From the NCBI GenBank assembly GCA_964230645.1, contig CAXRHT010000002.1, forward strand, positions 992,001 through 1,056,000: DNA of 64,000 nt, given 5' to 3'. Position numbers and translations under genes: made by a program. The stretch comes from Bdellovibrionales bacterium (GTDB lineage Bacteria; Bdellovibrionota; Bdellovibrionia; Bdellovibrionales; JAGQZY01). Below, piece after piece: positions 1-9,859 of the stretch (positions are counted from its first letter, which is position 1; each line of letters starts with the position of its first letter). The notes beneath the pieces are model-generated. The model did no database searches and was not told the DNA's origin. It was given only the letters and a program-made list of their open reading frames with translations.

Positions 1-1
1 G

Positions 2-673
2 GAAAGTGGTGTTTATGGCGCTTTAGAGTTTCTTGAAAAAGACGTTACAAACTACACCGATAAATTTAATTTCCTAGTTTTCCCCTGCTTAAGTCCTTTT
101 GCCTACGAGGTAAATCAACGCTGGACTCACAACGCTTGGGACGTTAACCGCAGCTTTGATCGCTCAAAGCCTTATGTGCCGGAAGCTCAACTGGTGATGG
201 ACGTTTTAGATGAAGCCCGTAAGCGCGCCGGCAAAGATTTCGCCGCGGCAGTTGACCTTCATGAAACTCCGGACCGAGACAAAACCATGATGCCCCCTCA
301 GTATGAACGCTACGGGATTAAGATGACCTCTGATGATATCCTAATTCCTAAGGGTTACTACCTTATTGCCAACGCTTCCAACAAAGCACCCGAGATGGCC
401 AAACGAATTATCGAAAAAGTAAGCGAAGTGACCCCCATCGCTCCAGACCCAGAAATCCATGAAGAAAAAAACGACAATGGTGTGGTCTATTCACAAGGTA
501 ATTCACCAACAAAACAAGGTCTTAACCAGGCCTACATGAGAACAATCGCTGAGAACTCCTTCACCACAGAGATCTACCCAGAAATCCACGAAGAACCCAG
601 AGGTTCCACTGAGGCCATCGCCGCGCAAAGAGCCACTATTCATGGAGTTTTGGATTACTTGCTTAATCATTGA
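2..673 (+). CDS. M14-family metallocarboxypeptidase / succinylglutamate desuccinylase-like protein, 5'-truncated by window edge
   Basis: Frame open from base 2 (ESGVYGALEFL...FPCLSPFAYEVNQRW...DVNRSF), then VDLHET and FTTEIYP motifs typical of M14-like enzymes. Confidence 0.75.
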   Translation, partial: ESGVYGALEFLEKDVTNYTDKFNFLVFPCLSPFAYEVNQRWTHNAWDVNRSFDRSKPYVPEAQLVMDVLDEARKRAGKDFAAAVDLHETPDRDKTMMPPQYERYGIKMTSDDILIPKGYYLIANASNKAPEMAKRIIEKVSEVTPIAPDPEIHEEKNDNGVVYSQGNSPTKQGLNQAYMRTIAENSFTTEIYPEIHEEPRGSTEAIAAQRATIHGVLDYLLNH

Positions 674-733
674 TGGTATCGCTAGTAGTGTCGTCGCAGA
701 CTTACGGGAGAACGAAGCAGAATTAACGATCTT

Positions 734-1882
734 TTATCGATAAATAAAATCAGATTCGCGATCGATTTCAGCTTCGTTGAAGTTCTTTATATCTTCTATA
801 AAATTAAAATGGCTTCGAAGATCGTCTCTGTCGAGATCTTCATAGACAGAAGATCCCTCTGAGGTAACGAGCCTATTGTAAATATAAAAATCTTCACCAA
901 GGCATTTTGGAGGCCTTAATTTTAAAGCGCCCCTTATCATTGCCTCTAAACGACATTGGGCTGGGGGGTGAGTACCTAATCTTCGCCGAGTGGGAGGAGC
1001 TAGGGGCCCTTTCTCCAATTGAGGAAGTTCATTAAATCTCGCCTCAGATTGTTGCCGCCTTTTCCTTATTGCAATCCATTGATCGTAGATATCCAATTGA
1101 AGAGCAAACTCGTGTGACAGAGTGATCGAACGAATACAGATATTAATATCGTCCTCAGATAAATAGCGTCTATTGCAAATATCAACTGTGAATGGGTGGA
1201 TAAGTTCTGAGTGTTTCTGAACAAACTCTGCGTTCTCTGGGTCCTCCTTGAGGTAAAGGGGGAGGCAGGCCAAAGTCGCTTGCCAGTCACTGATCCCTTC
1301 GTCGTGAGTGTGATGATAAGATACATTGATCACACCCACGGTGTAGGACTCTTCTGAGAGTTTCCTAAACCCATACTCTTCTTTCTCTAAACCTATAGGG
1401 AACGAACAGAAGTTTGGAAAATAGATATCATGCGCGAGCTCGTGACACATGACTAAGGGTCTTATGTCCAAGAATTTTTCCCTATCCACTGATTCTAGGT
1501 ATTTCTTAGAAAGGGCAATCACTTCACGACGGGGAGGTTCAAGAATAATGCGCTTAAGTGTGCCCGAGGCATTTTCAGAAACTATTTTCCCAACGACATA
1601 GGCATTAATCGCACTATTATGCCGAACTCCTTCTAAAAAATAGGTTGTCGGCTTTGACTCACCTTTACCCATTCTAGGGTGCAGCTCCTTGGTATTTTTA
1701 TTTTCTGAGAAACGATTGGCAAACTCACTGAGCTCTAAAAACAGATCTTGGTTGCGGTCTCTTTCACTTTTTTCCGCAAAAGAAATACTTGGGAAAATGA
1801 AATAGGAAAGAAATAAAATAAAGGTCAATGATCTAAAAAGATCATTTTTGTTTCGCACATCTTCATTTTTAACAATTTTCAT
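734..1882 (-). CDS. Secreted putative zinc metalloprotease (HEXXH...E), uncharacterised
   Basis: Signal-like segment ending SFA-EK; MCHELAH, downstream EGISDWQATLACL, C-terminal HPPAQCRL. Confidence 0.55.
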   Translation of the reverse strand: MKIVKNEDVRNKNDLFRSLTFILFLSYFIFPSISFAEKSERDRNQDLFLELSEFANRFSENKNTKELHPRMGKGESKPTTYFLEGVRHNSAINAYVVGKIVSENASGTLKRIILEPPRREVIALSKKYLESVDREKFLDIRPLVMCHELAHDIYFPNFCSFPIGLEKEEYGFRKLSEESYTVGVINVSYHHTHDEGISDWQATLACLPLYLKEDPENAEFVQKHSELIHPFTVDICNRRYLSEDDINICIRSITLSHEFALQLDIYDQWIAIRKRRQQSEARFNELPQLEKGPLAPPTRRRLGTHPPAQCRLEAMIRGALKLRPPKCLGEDFYIYNRLVTSEGSSVYEDLDRDDLRSHFNFIEDIKNFNEAEIDRESDFIYR

Positions 1883-2185
1883 TTAAAGAGCCTTGTTACA
1901 AATTAACTTAACTTGCCGAACAGAGACACTTTTACCTTAATTTTGAGTGAATGGCTCAGCGAAACCCTAAACATGTAGAAAAGAAAGAATACCAAACCTT
2001 TAGTGTAGACTTTACTATTTACCCCCTATCCAACGTCCGCTGGCTAGAGCTTTGAAGCAAGACCTCAAAATCAGCCCTCCCCCTTAAGTGCTTGAAATGG
2101 CTCAAATACACCGCACGCACTCCCCAGAGAGAGCGCGGCCGTAAGCTTTTGAATCCTTTTGAGACCAGCTCCTATAACTCTTTAG

Positions 2186-2215
2186 TTGCCTGACAATACA
2201 GATATTCAATATAAT
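2186..2215 (+). promoter_or_regulatory. Putative sigma70 promoter for radical SAM gene (possibly leaderless transcript)
   Basis: TTGCCT-N18-TATAAT ending 7 nt before ATG at 2223. Confidence 0.4.
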
Positions 2216-2222
2216 AAGAGCA

Positions 2223-3167
2223 ATGATAGACTCCTCCCATCTCCCTGCCCACAGGGAACTTATTTTCGATAAAATCTACTTAGAGATCAGTAACCTCTGC
2301 AACTTAAAGTGCAGCTTCTGTCCACCCATTAAAAGAGAGAGTGCTGTACTACCGGCGGATCGCTTTCGCTCCTATTTAGAATCGATAAATGGCTATAGCC
2401 GTAGAGTTTGCCTTCACGTGATGGGTGAGCCTCTAGGACATAAAGAGTTTCCTCTTTTTGTAGCTGTCGCCTCAGAGCTAGGAGTGTCCCTTGAAATCAC
2501 TAGCAACGGAACACTTCTTAACAAAGCAAACCAGGAGGCGCTTTTGAGTCAAAATGTGGTTCAGGTTAATTTTTCAGTGCAAAGTTTTTTTGATAACTTC
2601 CCGAACACAAACCCCACACGCTACATCCATACTCTTTTTGGTTTTTGCCAACAAGCTTTAGTTCAAAGACCCGATCTTTATATTAACTTTCGCCTCTGGA
2701 ACCTTGAGGTCGGTGGAAAAGATGAAGAGGCCAACCAGCAATTTCTCAAAGCTCTGAGAGAAGAGTTTAATGTAACTATCAATCCTAAGGTTGACCCCGC
2801 TTTTAGAAAATCAAAGAAAGTGACCGGGAGAATTTACCTACATTTTGACTCCCGCTTTGAGTGGCCAGAGGAGAGTCAATTAACTCCTCGCACACAAGGA
2901 ACTTGCTACGGCAGCCGTACTCACCTAGCCGTCCACGCCAATGGTGATGTGGTCCCCTGTTGTTTGGATAAAGAAGCCACCATCCTTCTTGGTAATTTAT
3001 CCAAAGAACCTTTAAGCAAAATTCTCACCTCACAAAGATATCTTGATATTAAACAGGCTTTTGAACGAGGCCAACTGATCGAGCCTCTTTGTCAGACCTG
3101 CCAGTATTCTACCCGCTTTGAGAAAAAGGCAAAAAAAGCATTACCAACTTTGCCTCCAGTGGCATAG
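2223..3167 (+). CDS. Radical SAM protein with C-terminal SPASM/twitch domain
   Basis: CNLKCSFC motif, GEPL, then C-terminal C...GDVVPCC...CQTC. Confidence 0.9.
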   Translation: MIDSSHLPAHRELIFDKIYLEISNLCNLKCSFCPPIKRESAVLPADRFRSYLESINGYSRRVCLHVMGEPLGHKEFPLFVAVASELGVSLEITSNGTLLNKANQEALLSQNVVQVNFSVQSFFDNFPNTNPTRYIHTLFGFCQQALVQRPDLYINFRLWNLEVGGKDEEANQQFLKALREEFNVTINPKVDPAFRKSKKVTGRIYLHFDSRFEWPEESQLTPRTQGTCYGSRTHLAVHANGDVVPCCLDKEATILLGNLSKEPLSKILTSQRYLDIKQAFERGQLIEPLCQTCQYSTRFEKKAKKALPTLPPVA

Positions 3168-3298
3168 TCGCCACCTTTTCGAATATTCGACTCATGGCGT
3201 ATCGAATAGAACCAATCTCCCAAATTGAGAATCTGATTGATTTGACAGTGGAAACTCGTCAGGCTCATGTTAAAATTGAAGCTTTGGGGGGCTTGTCT

Positions 3299-3904
3299 AT
3301 GAGTAGAACTTCAATAGTTATTTTTATTTTACTGACGAGTACTTTTATTGCCTTTCAAAACTGTGGTCCAATGGCGCAAGATCAGCAGATGCAACCCCCT
3401 AGCACAACCAATTTGCCAGACGATTCTCAGGACGAGGAAGTGGCTTGTACTGAAAGGCAGACGAAAAATGTTCTAACTACCCGTCTACCAGGTGCTTTCG
3501 GACAAGGCGATCGCATTCGAGAAATCGTCATTGATAATTTAAACTTTAATCCCGACGTCGAGGTCCGCCTTAGCGAATGCGACTATTCCTTTGATGACCC
3601 GAATCTGATCTCTTGGACCCAAGAGAGTGATGAGGCTCTTATTGAAATCGTTTTTAATGATGAACTCAATGAGCTCTTTTTTAACGAAGACGGAAGCCCT
3701 AAAAAAGGCGCCACCTATCACTACTCCTATAGTGTGAAGGTCAACTGGTATGAAAGCTGTGACACCACCGAAACTACACTAAAAACCCAGTCGGCTTCCC
3801 AGCAACTCGCTTGGGAAGTTGACGAAACCTATATTGATGAGAATGGGTGTGAGGTTGATCTACGCGAAGAGTTTGTCGACTACTTTCAACAACGAAATCT
3901 CTAA
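3299..3904 (+). CDS. Acidic lipoprotein-like exported protein with FQNCG motif
   Basis: Start moved to ATG 3299 after GGGGG SD; hydrophobic stretch ending FIAFQNCG. Confidence 0.65.
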   Translation: MSRTSIVIFILLTSTFIAFQNCGPMAQDQQMQPPSTTNLPDDSQDEEVACTERQTKNVLTTRLPGAFGQGDRIREIVIDNLNFNPDVEVRLSECDYSFDDPNLISWTQESDEALIEIVFNDELNELFFNEDGSPKKGATYHYSYSVKVNWYESCDTTETTLKTQSASQQLAWEVDETYIDENGCEVDLREEFVDYFQQRNL

Positions 3905-4050
3905 GATACCGCATTGGCAGCTACCTTTAGATATCAGGCTTTTTCCGATTACCAAATTCGGATTAATGAAACCTTACTGTCTTATTGGATTTTAATCATT
4001 TTTGTTCCGGTCTCTAGGTTGCACTCTTGATTTTTCAAAAAGAGGTGTGA

Positions 4051-4368
4051 ATGGGAAATTTCAGGACGCTTGATTTGGCAGTTGAGTTTCATAAGTTGGT
4101 AGTAGAACTAAATTTAAAGGGACACTTAAGAGATCAGCTCTTTAGGGCCTGCACTTCAATTCCTTTGAACTTATCTGAAGGAAATGCTCGCCCAACTTCT
4201 AAAGACAAGAAAAGGTTTTATCAAACAGCTTACGCGTCTCTAAAGGAATGCCAGACTATATTTAAACTTGTGCCTGTAGAAGATGAAAAGGTTCTAAATA
4301 AAGCGGATCACTTGGGAGCTTGTCTTTTTAAATTGATCAAGGCTGAAAATCCGGTAATTCAACGTTGA
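4051..4368 (+). CDS. Four helix bundle protein (23S rRNA IVS protein / Avd-like fold)
   Basis: LRDQLFRACTSIPLNLSEG...RFYQTAYASLKEC signature; GAGGTG SD. Confidence 0.85.
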   Translation: MGNFRTLDLAVEFHKLVVELNLKGHLRDQLFRACTSIPLNLSEGNARPTSKDKKRFYQTAYASLKECQTIFKLVPVEDEKVLNKADHLGACLFKLIKAENPVIQR

Positions 4369-4372
4369 TTTA

Positions 4373-4414
4373 TCCTGGATCCAGGATTCAGGGCCCGGTA
4401 TCCGGGATCCTGTA
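4373..4414. repeat. Six degenerate tandem heptamers (consensus TCCNGGA) containing palindromes
   Basis: tcctgga tccagga ttcaggg cccggta tccggga tcctgta; perfect palindrome atcctggatccaggat at 4372-4387. Confidence 0.8.
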
Positions 4415-4421
4415 TTTTTAA

Positions 4422-4497
4422 TGGCGTCCCCAACGGGAGTCGAACCCGTGTCTCGTCCGTGAAAGGGACGTGTCCTAGGCCTCTAGACGATAGGGAC
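4422..4497 (-). tRNA. tRNA-Glu (TTC)
   Basis: Reverse complement GTCCCTATCGTCTAGAGGCCTAGGAC...CGTCC-CTTTCAC-GGACG...GGTTCGACTCCC...GGGGACGCCA; 76 nt, encoded CCA. Confidence 0.97.
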
Positions 4498-4511
4498 AGC
4501 TAGAGAAAAAA

Positions 4512-4587
4512 TGGTGATCCGTCTTGGGCTCGAACCAAGGACCCTCTCCTTAAAAGGGAGATGCTCTACCGACTGAGCTAACGGATC
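4512..4587 (-). tRNA. tRNA-Lys (TTT)
   Basis: Reverse complement GATCCGTTAGCTCAGTCGGTAGAGC...TCTCC-CTTTTAA-GGAGA...GGTTCGAGCCC...CGGATCACCA; 76 nt. Confidence 0.97.
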
Positions 4588-4653
4588 ATCAAAACAGATG
4601 GACTTTTTCTAATTTAAGGGCTGGAAAGTCAACCCTTTTTGGCGAATTTTCTT

Positions 4654-5994
4654 TTAACTGAGAACGGATTGCACAGCCATCTCTTGGGCTTTGCTTACAT
4701 TTTCATCAAAGATTTCACTTTGATAGATGGTTTGCTTGCGATCCGGTCCCACAGAAACCACGGTGATAGGCACTTCTGCCTGTTCTTCAATAAATTGAAT
4801 GTACTCTTTGGCTTCCTCAGGAAGTGAGGAAAAAGTTTGGCAGCCGCTGATGTCCTGCTTCCAACCTTTGAGCTCTTTGTAAACGGGCTTCACATTGTGA
4901 ATGTCGTTACTCATAAAAGAAAAGTTTTCAAGCTTCTTACCATTCACTTCGTAGTGAGTGCAGACTTTGATTTTCTCCATCCCACTTAACACATCAAGCT
5001 TTGTAAGGATCAATTGATCCATTCCACCCACGTGGACCGAGTATCTAAGGGCTACTAAATCAAGCCAACCACAGCGTCTTTTTCTGCCGGTTGTGGCTCC
5101 GAACTCGTGGCCTTCTTTTTGTAGATACTCACCCACCTCGTTTTCTTGCTCAGTTGGGAAAGGACCTGTTCCCACACGAGTGCAATAAGCTTTGGTGATT
5201 CCAAAAACTTTTCTGATGGATTGCGGACTCACACCCACGCCGAGGCAAGCCGCTGCAGCGCCTGTGGAAGAGCTTGTGACATAAGGGAAGGTTCCATGGA
5301 GGTTATCAAGGAGAACCCCTTGAGCGCCTTCAAAAAGGATTTTCTTTCCTTCTTTGATCATTTGGTTTACTTGGAAGCTCACGTCCTCACAGCGATAAGG
5401 CTCAAGGATTTTTGCGACCTCTTTGAGTTCTTTATAACTTTTCTCAAGGTCGATGGGCTCTTCGCCATAAAGCTTTTCAAGAAGAACGTTTTTTTCTTCG
5501 ATACAGTTTTTTAATTTTTCTTTTAAATCAGGGCAGAAAAGATCTCTAAATAGAAGGGCTCTTCTTGAAGCGCGGTCTTCGTAAGACGGCCCAATACCTC
5601 TTCCGGTGGTACCGATCTTTGTGCCTGTTTTCCAGTTCTCACGCGCTTTATCTAAAACCTTGTGAAAGGGAAGCACCATAAGTGCACCCTCTGAAATTGA
5701 GAGCTGCGAAGTGTTCTTTAAATAGCCGTTTGATTTTAGGCCCTCGATCTCTTGGACCATTTCGAAGGGATCGAGGGTGACACCACTTCCGATCATACAA
5801 CGAACATGAGGATGAAGAACTCCAGAAGGGATTAAGTGAAGCACTGTTTTCTGACCATCTACGATCAAGGTGTGACCTGCGTTGGCTCCGCCTTGAAACC
5901 TTACGACCGCGTCACTCTCTGATGCCATAGCATCAACAAGTTTACCTTTCCCCTCATCTCCCCACTGGGAGCCCACAACTATAAGTGCCGACAT
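4654..5994 (-). CDS. purA: Adenylosuccinate synthetase
   Basis: QWGDEGKGK, GGANAGHT, EGAQG, GATTGRKRRCGWLD, TKLDVL. Confidence 0.98.
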   Translation of the reverse strand: MSALIVVGSQWGDEGKGKLVDAMASESDAVVRFQGGANAGHTLIVDGQKTVLHLIPSGVLHPHVRCMIGSGVTLDPFEMVQEIEGLKSNGYLKNTSQLSISEGALMVLPFHKVLDKARENWKTGTKIGTTGRGIGPSYEDRASRRALLFRDLFCPDLKEKLKNCIEEKNVLLEKLYGEEPIDLEKSYKELKEVAKILEPYRCEDVSFQVNQMIKEGKKILFEGAQGVLLDNLHGTFPYVTSSSTGAAAACLGVGVSPQSIRKVFGITKAYCTRVGTGPFPTEQENEVGEYLQKEGHEFGATTGRKRRCGWLDLVALRYSVHVGGMDQLILTKLDVLSGMEKIKVCTHYEVNGKKLENFSFMSNDIHNVKPVYKELKGWKQDISGCQTFSSLPEEAKEYIQFIEEQAEVPITVVSVGPDRKQTIYQSEIFDENVSKAQEMAVQSVLS

Positions 5995-6092
5995 ACCTAT
6001 CCATTTCTTTAAAGGTTACTGATTGCTAACACTTAACTGGTTCTAGCAACGAAGCCCCAGCTTGGACATAGAAAAAACCATAGCACATGCCG

Positions 6093-7055
6093 TCAATCGC
6101 CCCACCACTCGGCCTTTGGCGGCAATTCTCCGCTCGTTGGAGTCTCCCCTCTCAATAAGGCCCGCACTTTTTCCACAGCGCCTTCTGAAGAGGCTCTTAA
6201 AGCCTCCTCAGTGCTGGCACCGATATGGGGGCTTAGGACCACGTTTGAAAAATTGAAAAGGGATGATGTCGAATTAAGAGGCTCTCTTTTAAACACATCA
6301 AGGCCCACCCTAAAATCAGGGTTATCCACCAAGTGTTCGATCAAATCCTCTTCATGAACCACATCCCCTCGAGAGAGATTTAAAAGACAAGCCTCTGAGT
6401 TCATCCAAGAGAGGGTTTCTTTGTTGATCATGTGCCGCGTGGTTTTGGTTTTCGGCACATGGAGAGTGACGATGTCACAGGTTCTCATAAGCTCTTCAAA
6501 TCCAAGTCTTGTCACAAAATCAGGAGAGGATTGGATATAAGGGTCATAAGTGAAAACATTTAATCCAAAGGCTTTGGCTTTTTCTGCCACGGATGTTCCC
6601 ACCCGTCCAAGGCCAATAACACCTAAGTTTTTACCTCTTAATTGGTGGCCCATGAGAAGCTCTCTTTGCCAATTCCCGGAACGTATTTGACGAGCGGCTC
6701 TTGTCCAGTGGCGAGCGGTGGCAAACATTAAAAGAAACGTCATTTCGGCGGCCGCTTCACTCTGAGCTTCGGGAACATGAAAGCACTGAATTTTTCTTTT
6801 CTCGGTTTCTGCAAGATCAATATGGTCAAAACCACTGGTGGCTGTCACAAGATATTTTAAATTTTTGCATTTATTAAGAAAGTCGCCATCGACTTTTAAA
6901 GAGGTGCGGCAAATTATGGCCTCACACTTTTTTAAAGTCTCTTCATCTTCAAAAAGATTTTTTTTGTAAACGAACTCCCCTTCACTGAACTGATTGAGTT
7001 TCAGTTTTAAATGGGGATCAAAGCGATGGGTGATTAAGCATAGAGGCTGACTCAT
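6093..7055 (-). CDS. D-2-hydroxyacid dehydrogenase (SerA-like, no ACT domain)
   Basis: GVIGLGRVG Rossmann motif, NLSRG, LDVFKREP, SPHIGASTEEA. Confidence 0.85.
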   Translation of the reverse strand: MSQPLCLITHRFDPHLKLKLNQFSEGEFVYKKNLFEDEETLKKCEAIICRTSLKVDGDFLNKCKNLKYLVTATSGFDHIDLAETEKRKIQCFHVPEAQSEAAAEMTFLLMFATARHWTRAARQIRSGNWQRELLMGHQLRGKNLGVIGLGRVGTSVAEKAKAFGLNVFTYDPYIQSSPDFVTRLGFEELMRTCDIVTLHVPKTKTTRHMINKETLSWMNSEACLLNLSRGDVVHEEDLIEHLVDNPDFRVGLDVFKREPLNSTSSLFNFSNVVLSPHIGASTEEALRASSEGAVEKVRALLRGETPTSGELPPKAEWWGD

Positions 7056-8155
7056 AAATGTTTTTTTATAGCCTCAGCGGTTTGTACTAAATCGTTATGG
7101 GTCATTCCACCCATATGCCCCACCCTCAGGACTAGGTCTGCGAGCTCATCTTGACCGGCGACGATAATATAGCCGTCCTGAAAAACTTTGTCTTTCACCT
7201 CTTTTGCACTGATCCCTTTGGGAACTTTCATGCAACTTAAAGAAGGGCTGGCTGTTTGAGGGAAGAGTTCTAGCGGAAGAGCCTCGCGAAAAATTTTGGC
7301 TTTTTCCTGAATGTCTTGAAAGTGGTTTTTAAGACCCTTTTTATTGAGAAATTCGTCGAGTACCAGATCAAGTCCAATGACAAATTGAGTGGGTGTTGAA
7401 AAACGAGTTTTCCCAGAGAGATTGGCTTTTTTCTCAGCTTTTAGATCAAAATAAAACTTAGGGAGATCATTCGTGATGCTCTCAGCTCTTTCAGACATCG
7501 ACAAAAAAGCCATTCCGGTAGGAAGCATAAAAGCTTTTTGAGAACCCCCAACAAAAACATCAAGCCCCCATTCATCCATCGGGATATCGACGGCACCAAG
7601 AGCTGTGATACCATCAACAATACTTAAAGCTCCTTTTTCCTGGGCCATTTCACAGAGATCTTTTACCGGAAGAAGAGCTCCGGTGCTCGTTTCACAGGCT
7701 TGAAAAGCCAATGCTTGGTAGTCTTTTTTTGAGAGTTGGCTTCGAACCTCATCAAGAGGAATATCCTCTCCCCAAGCCACTTTAATTTCATCAAAGGGAA
7801 TGCCGAAAGCTTTGGCGATTTTACCCCAACGCTCTCCGAACTTTCCCGAGTTGATAAACAAGGCCGGTCGGTCTTTTGTTAATGTGTTTGTCATGGCCGC
7901 TTCAAGACCACCGGACCCGGTGCAAGGCAAAAGGTAGCAATGCTCCTTGGTTTGAAACACTTTTTTAATGTTTTGAAAGCAGTTTTCGAGAACCTGTTGA
8001 AAAGGTTTTGAGCGATGATGGCACTCTAGGTGGTAGAGGCTCTCTTTCACGGCTTCAGATAGGGGCACTGGCCCTGGGGCCATTAACTTTTTGTGAGCAA
8101 AGGGATAATCAAATTCCATAGCGCCCACCTTATCCGCGAGAGCCCCAATGTTCAA
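7052..8155 (-). CDS. Class V PLP aminotransferase (serine-pyruvate / phosphoserine aminotransferase-like)
   Basis: APGPV, ETSTG, VDGIT, GSQKAFMLPTG, LRVGHMG; overlaps the dehydrogenase gene by 4 nt. Confidence 0.9.
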   Translation of the reverse strand: MNIGALADKVGAMEFDYPFAHKKLMAPGPVPLSEAVKESLYHLECHHRSKPFQQVLENCFQNIKKVFQTKEHCYLLPCTGSGGLEAAMTNTLTKDRPALFINSGKFGERWGKIAKAFGIPFDEIKVAWGEDIPLDEVRSQLSKKDYQALAFQACETSTGALLPVKDLCEMAQEKGALSIVDGITALGAVDIPMDEWGLDVFVGGSQKAFMLPTGMAFLSMSERAESITNDLPKFYFDLKAEKKANLSGKTRFSTPTQFVIGLDLVLDEFLNKKGLKNHFQDIQEKAKIFREALPLELFPQTASPSLSCMKVPKGISAKEVKDKVFQDGYIIVAGQDELADLVLRVGHMGGMTHNDLVQTAEAIKKHL

Positions 8156-8211
8156 CTCAAAGGGCGCTTTTGAGAGTTGAAAATAGAGAATAAAGGGGCT
8201 AATCTCGGCCT

Positions 8212-8802
8212 ATGAGAGCCTTTTTGCTGATTTTTTTTATTTCCCTCACCCATTGTGGTTACAACTGGGGTTATCAAAACCGCAGCCTTCCTGGTGGGCA
8301 TAAAACCGTCTTTGTTGAAATGTTTAAAAATCAGACCCAAACCCCTGGGATTGAAGCCTACTTTACGGATGCTTTAAAAAGAGAGCTGGAACGTTCAGGC
8401 TTTGTGACAGTGACCACAAAAGATAGGGCCGAGCTTATTTTAGAGGGTGAAATCATTATTGTGAATAACCGGGGAACAGCCACAATCAACAGTTTCCTCG
8501 CTAAAGATTTCAGCAGCTCTGATCCTGATTCGCGCACCACCCGCAAATACCCAGCCTCTATGTTCACCGGCTACAATGTGCAAGTGGTGACGAATGTAAA
8601 AGCCGTCAGAGCTAGGGATGATCGTTCGATTTGGCAAACTAGCTTAAATGGTCAGCAGAATTACCGTGGTGCGCTTCTACTAAAGCAGGGAGTTAGATCC
8701 TCAAATGTCCTTTACAATCATTCCAGAAAAAAGCAGACTATCAAACTTGTCGCAAAAGATATGATGAATGAGGCGTTTGATCGTTTAACGGAGAATTTTT
8801 AG
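8212..8802 (+). CDS. lptE: LPS assembly lipoprotein LptE
   Basis: Lipobox LTHC-GY, FKNQT..PGIE motif, directly upstream of holA (conserved order). Confidence 0.8.
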   Translation: MRAFLLIFFISLTHCGYNWGYQNRSLPGGHKTVFVEMFKNQTQTPGIEAYFTDALKRELERSGFVTVTTKDRAELILEGEIIIVNNRGTATINSFLAKDFSSSDPDSRTTRKYPASMFTGYNVQVVTNVKAVRARDDRSIWQTSLNGQQNYRGALLLKQGVRSSNVLYNHSRKKQTIKLVAKDMMNEAFDRLTENF

Positions 8803-9803
8803 TGGCCAAACAAAAGACTTCTCTTTTGGATTTAAAAAACTTTTTCAACCTGAATAAAGGGACCGTTCTTTATTTGTCAGGAGATGAGGATTTTTTTATC
8901 GAAGAGGCCATTGATTTTATCAAAGAAAAAACTTTGGACGAGGCTTCAAAAGATTTCAACTTCGATGCTTTCTATGGAAGAGAAACAGAAATCAGTAAAA
9001 TTTTTGATATTGTTGAAACTCTTCCCATGATGGCTAGTAACCGCTTAGTGATGATCCGCAGAGCTCAAGACCTCAAGGACAAAGAGTGGAAAACATTGCT
9101 CCCACTTTTATCAAGGCCTGTGCCCTCGACCTTTTTAGTTTTTGTGGGTGATAAGCCCGATGGCCGAAAAGCGGTTATTAAAGAAGCGATGAAAGGCATG
9201 GAGCATTTCCATTTTTCCAAGCCCTACGATCGAGAGTTCCCTAACTGGGTGAAATACATCTGTAAAAAACATAAACTCACCATTGAAGACGATGCCATTC
9301 ATCTTTTAATGCAAATCGTAGGCCCTAACCTCTTAGAGCTTCAGAATGAAATTTTAAAACTTGGACAATATGTCGGCCCTGGAAAATCCATCACCACCGG
9401 TGATGTGATGCATGTGGCTTCAAGAATTAAACTTCAAAACGTTTTCGACCTCACCGACGCCATCGGGAAAAGTGACCAAGCCAGAGCCCTTATGTGTTTG
9501 GCGGATTTACTCGAGGATGGACAAAATGAAGTCAGCATATTAGCCATGGTCCATCGCCATGTGCGCCTACTGAGACAAACCAAGATGGGTGAAATGCAAG
9601 GGCGCTCCGGAAGGGATCTTGCCAGTTTTGCAGGAGTTCCCTACTTTTTTCTTAAAGAGTACACCGCTCAAGCCAGACTCTGGAGTGAGCGCAAAATTGA
9701 AAAAACCTACCGCGTTCTCGGTGATACCGACAAAGCGCTTAAGTCCTCTCCTATTTCTAGCCACATCTGGCTTGAAAACTTTATTCTACAGACTTGTAGT
9801 TAA
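8802..9803 (+). CDS. holA: DNA polymerase III delta subunit
   Basis: LYLSGDEDFFIEE, FNFDAFYG, TLPMMASNRLV, NEILKL, NVFDLTDAI. Confidence 0.92.
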   Translation: MAKQKTSLLDLKNFFNLNKGTVLYLSGDEDFFIEEAIDFIKEKTLDEASKDFNFDAFYGRETEISKIFDIVETLPMMASNRLVMIRRAQDLKDKEWKTLLPLLSRPVPSTFLVFVGDKPDGRKAVIKEAMKGMEHFHFSKPYDREFPNWVKYICKKHKLTIEDDAIHLLMQIVGPNLLELQNEILKLGQYVGPGKSITTGDVMHVASRIKLQNVFDLTDAIGKSDQARALMCLADLLEDGQNEVSILAMVHRHVRLLRQTKMGEMQGRSGRDLASFAGVPYFFLKEYTAQARLWSERKIEKTYRVLGDTDKALKSSPISSHIWLENFILQTCS

Positions 9804-9825
9804 TAGAATCTGCGACAGCAAATAA

Positions 9826-9854
9826 AAAAGGCGACTCTTTCAAAGTCGCCTTTT
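9826..9854. terminator. Bidirectional intrinsic terminator between convergent genes
   Basis: AAAAGGCGACT / AGTCGCCTTTT stem with A and T runs on both sides. Confidence 0.85.
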
Positions 9855-9859
9855 GTTTT

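Noticed and set aside
4051..4368. Diversity-generating retroelement (Avd-like gene)
   Set aside because: No reverse transcriptase and no template/variable repeat pair seen in the window
4373..4414. CRISPR array
   Set aside because: 7-bp units without spacers; no cas genes or 25-45 bp spaced repeats seen anywhere
3905..4497. Prophage or genomic island at tRNA-Glu
   Set aside because: No integrase and I saw no duplicated tRNA 3' end
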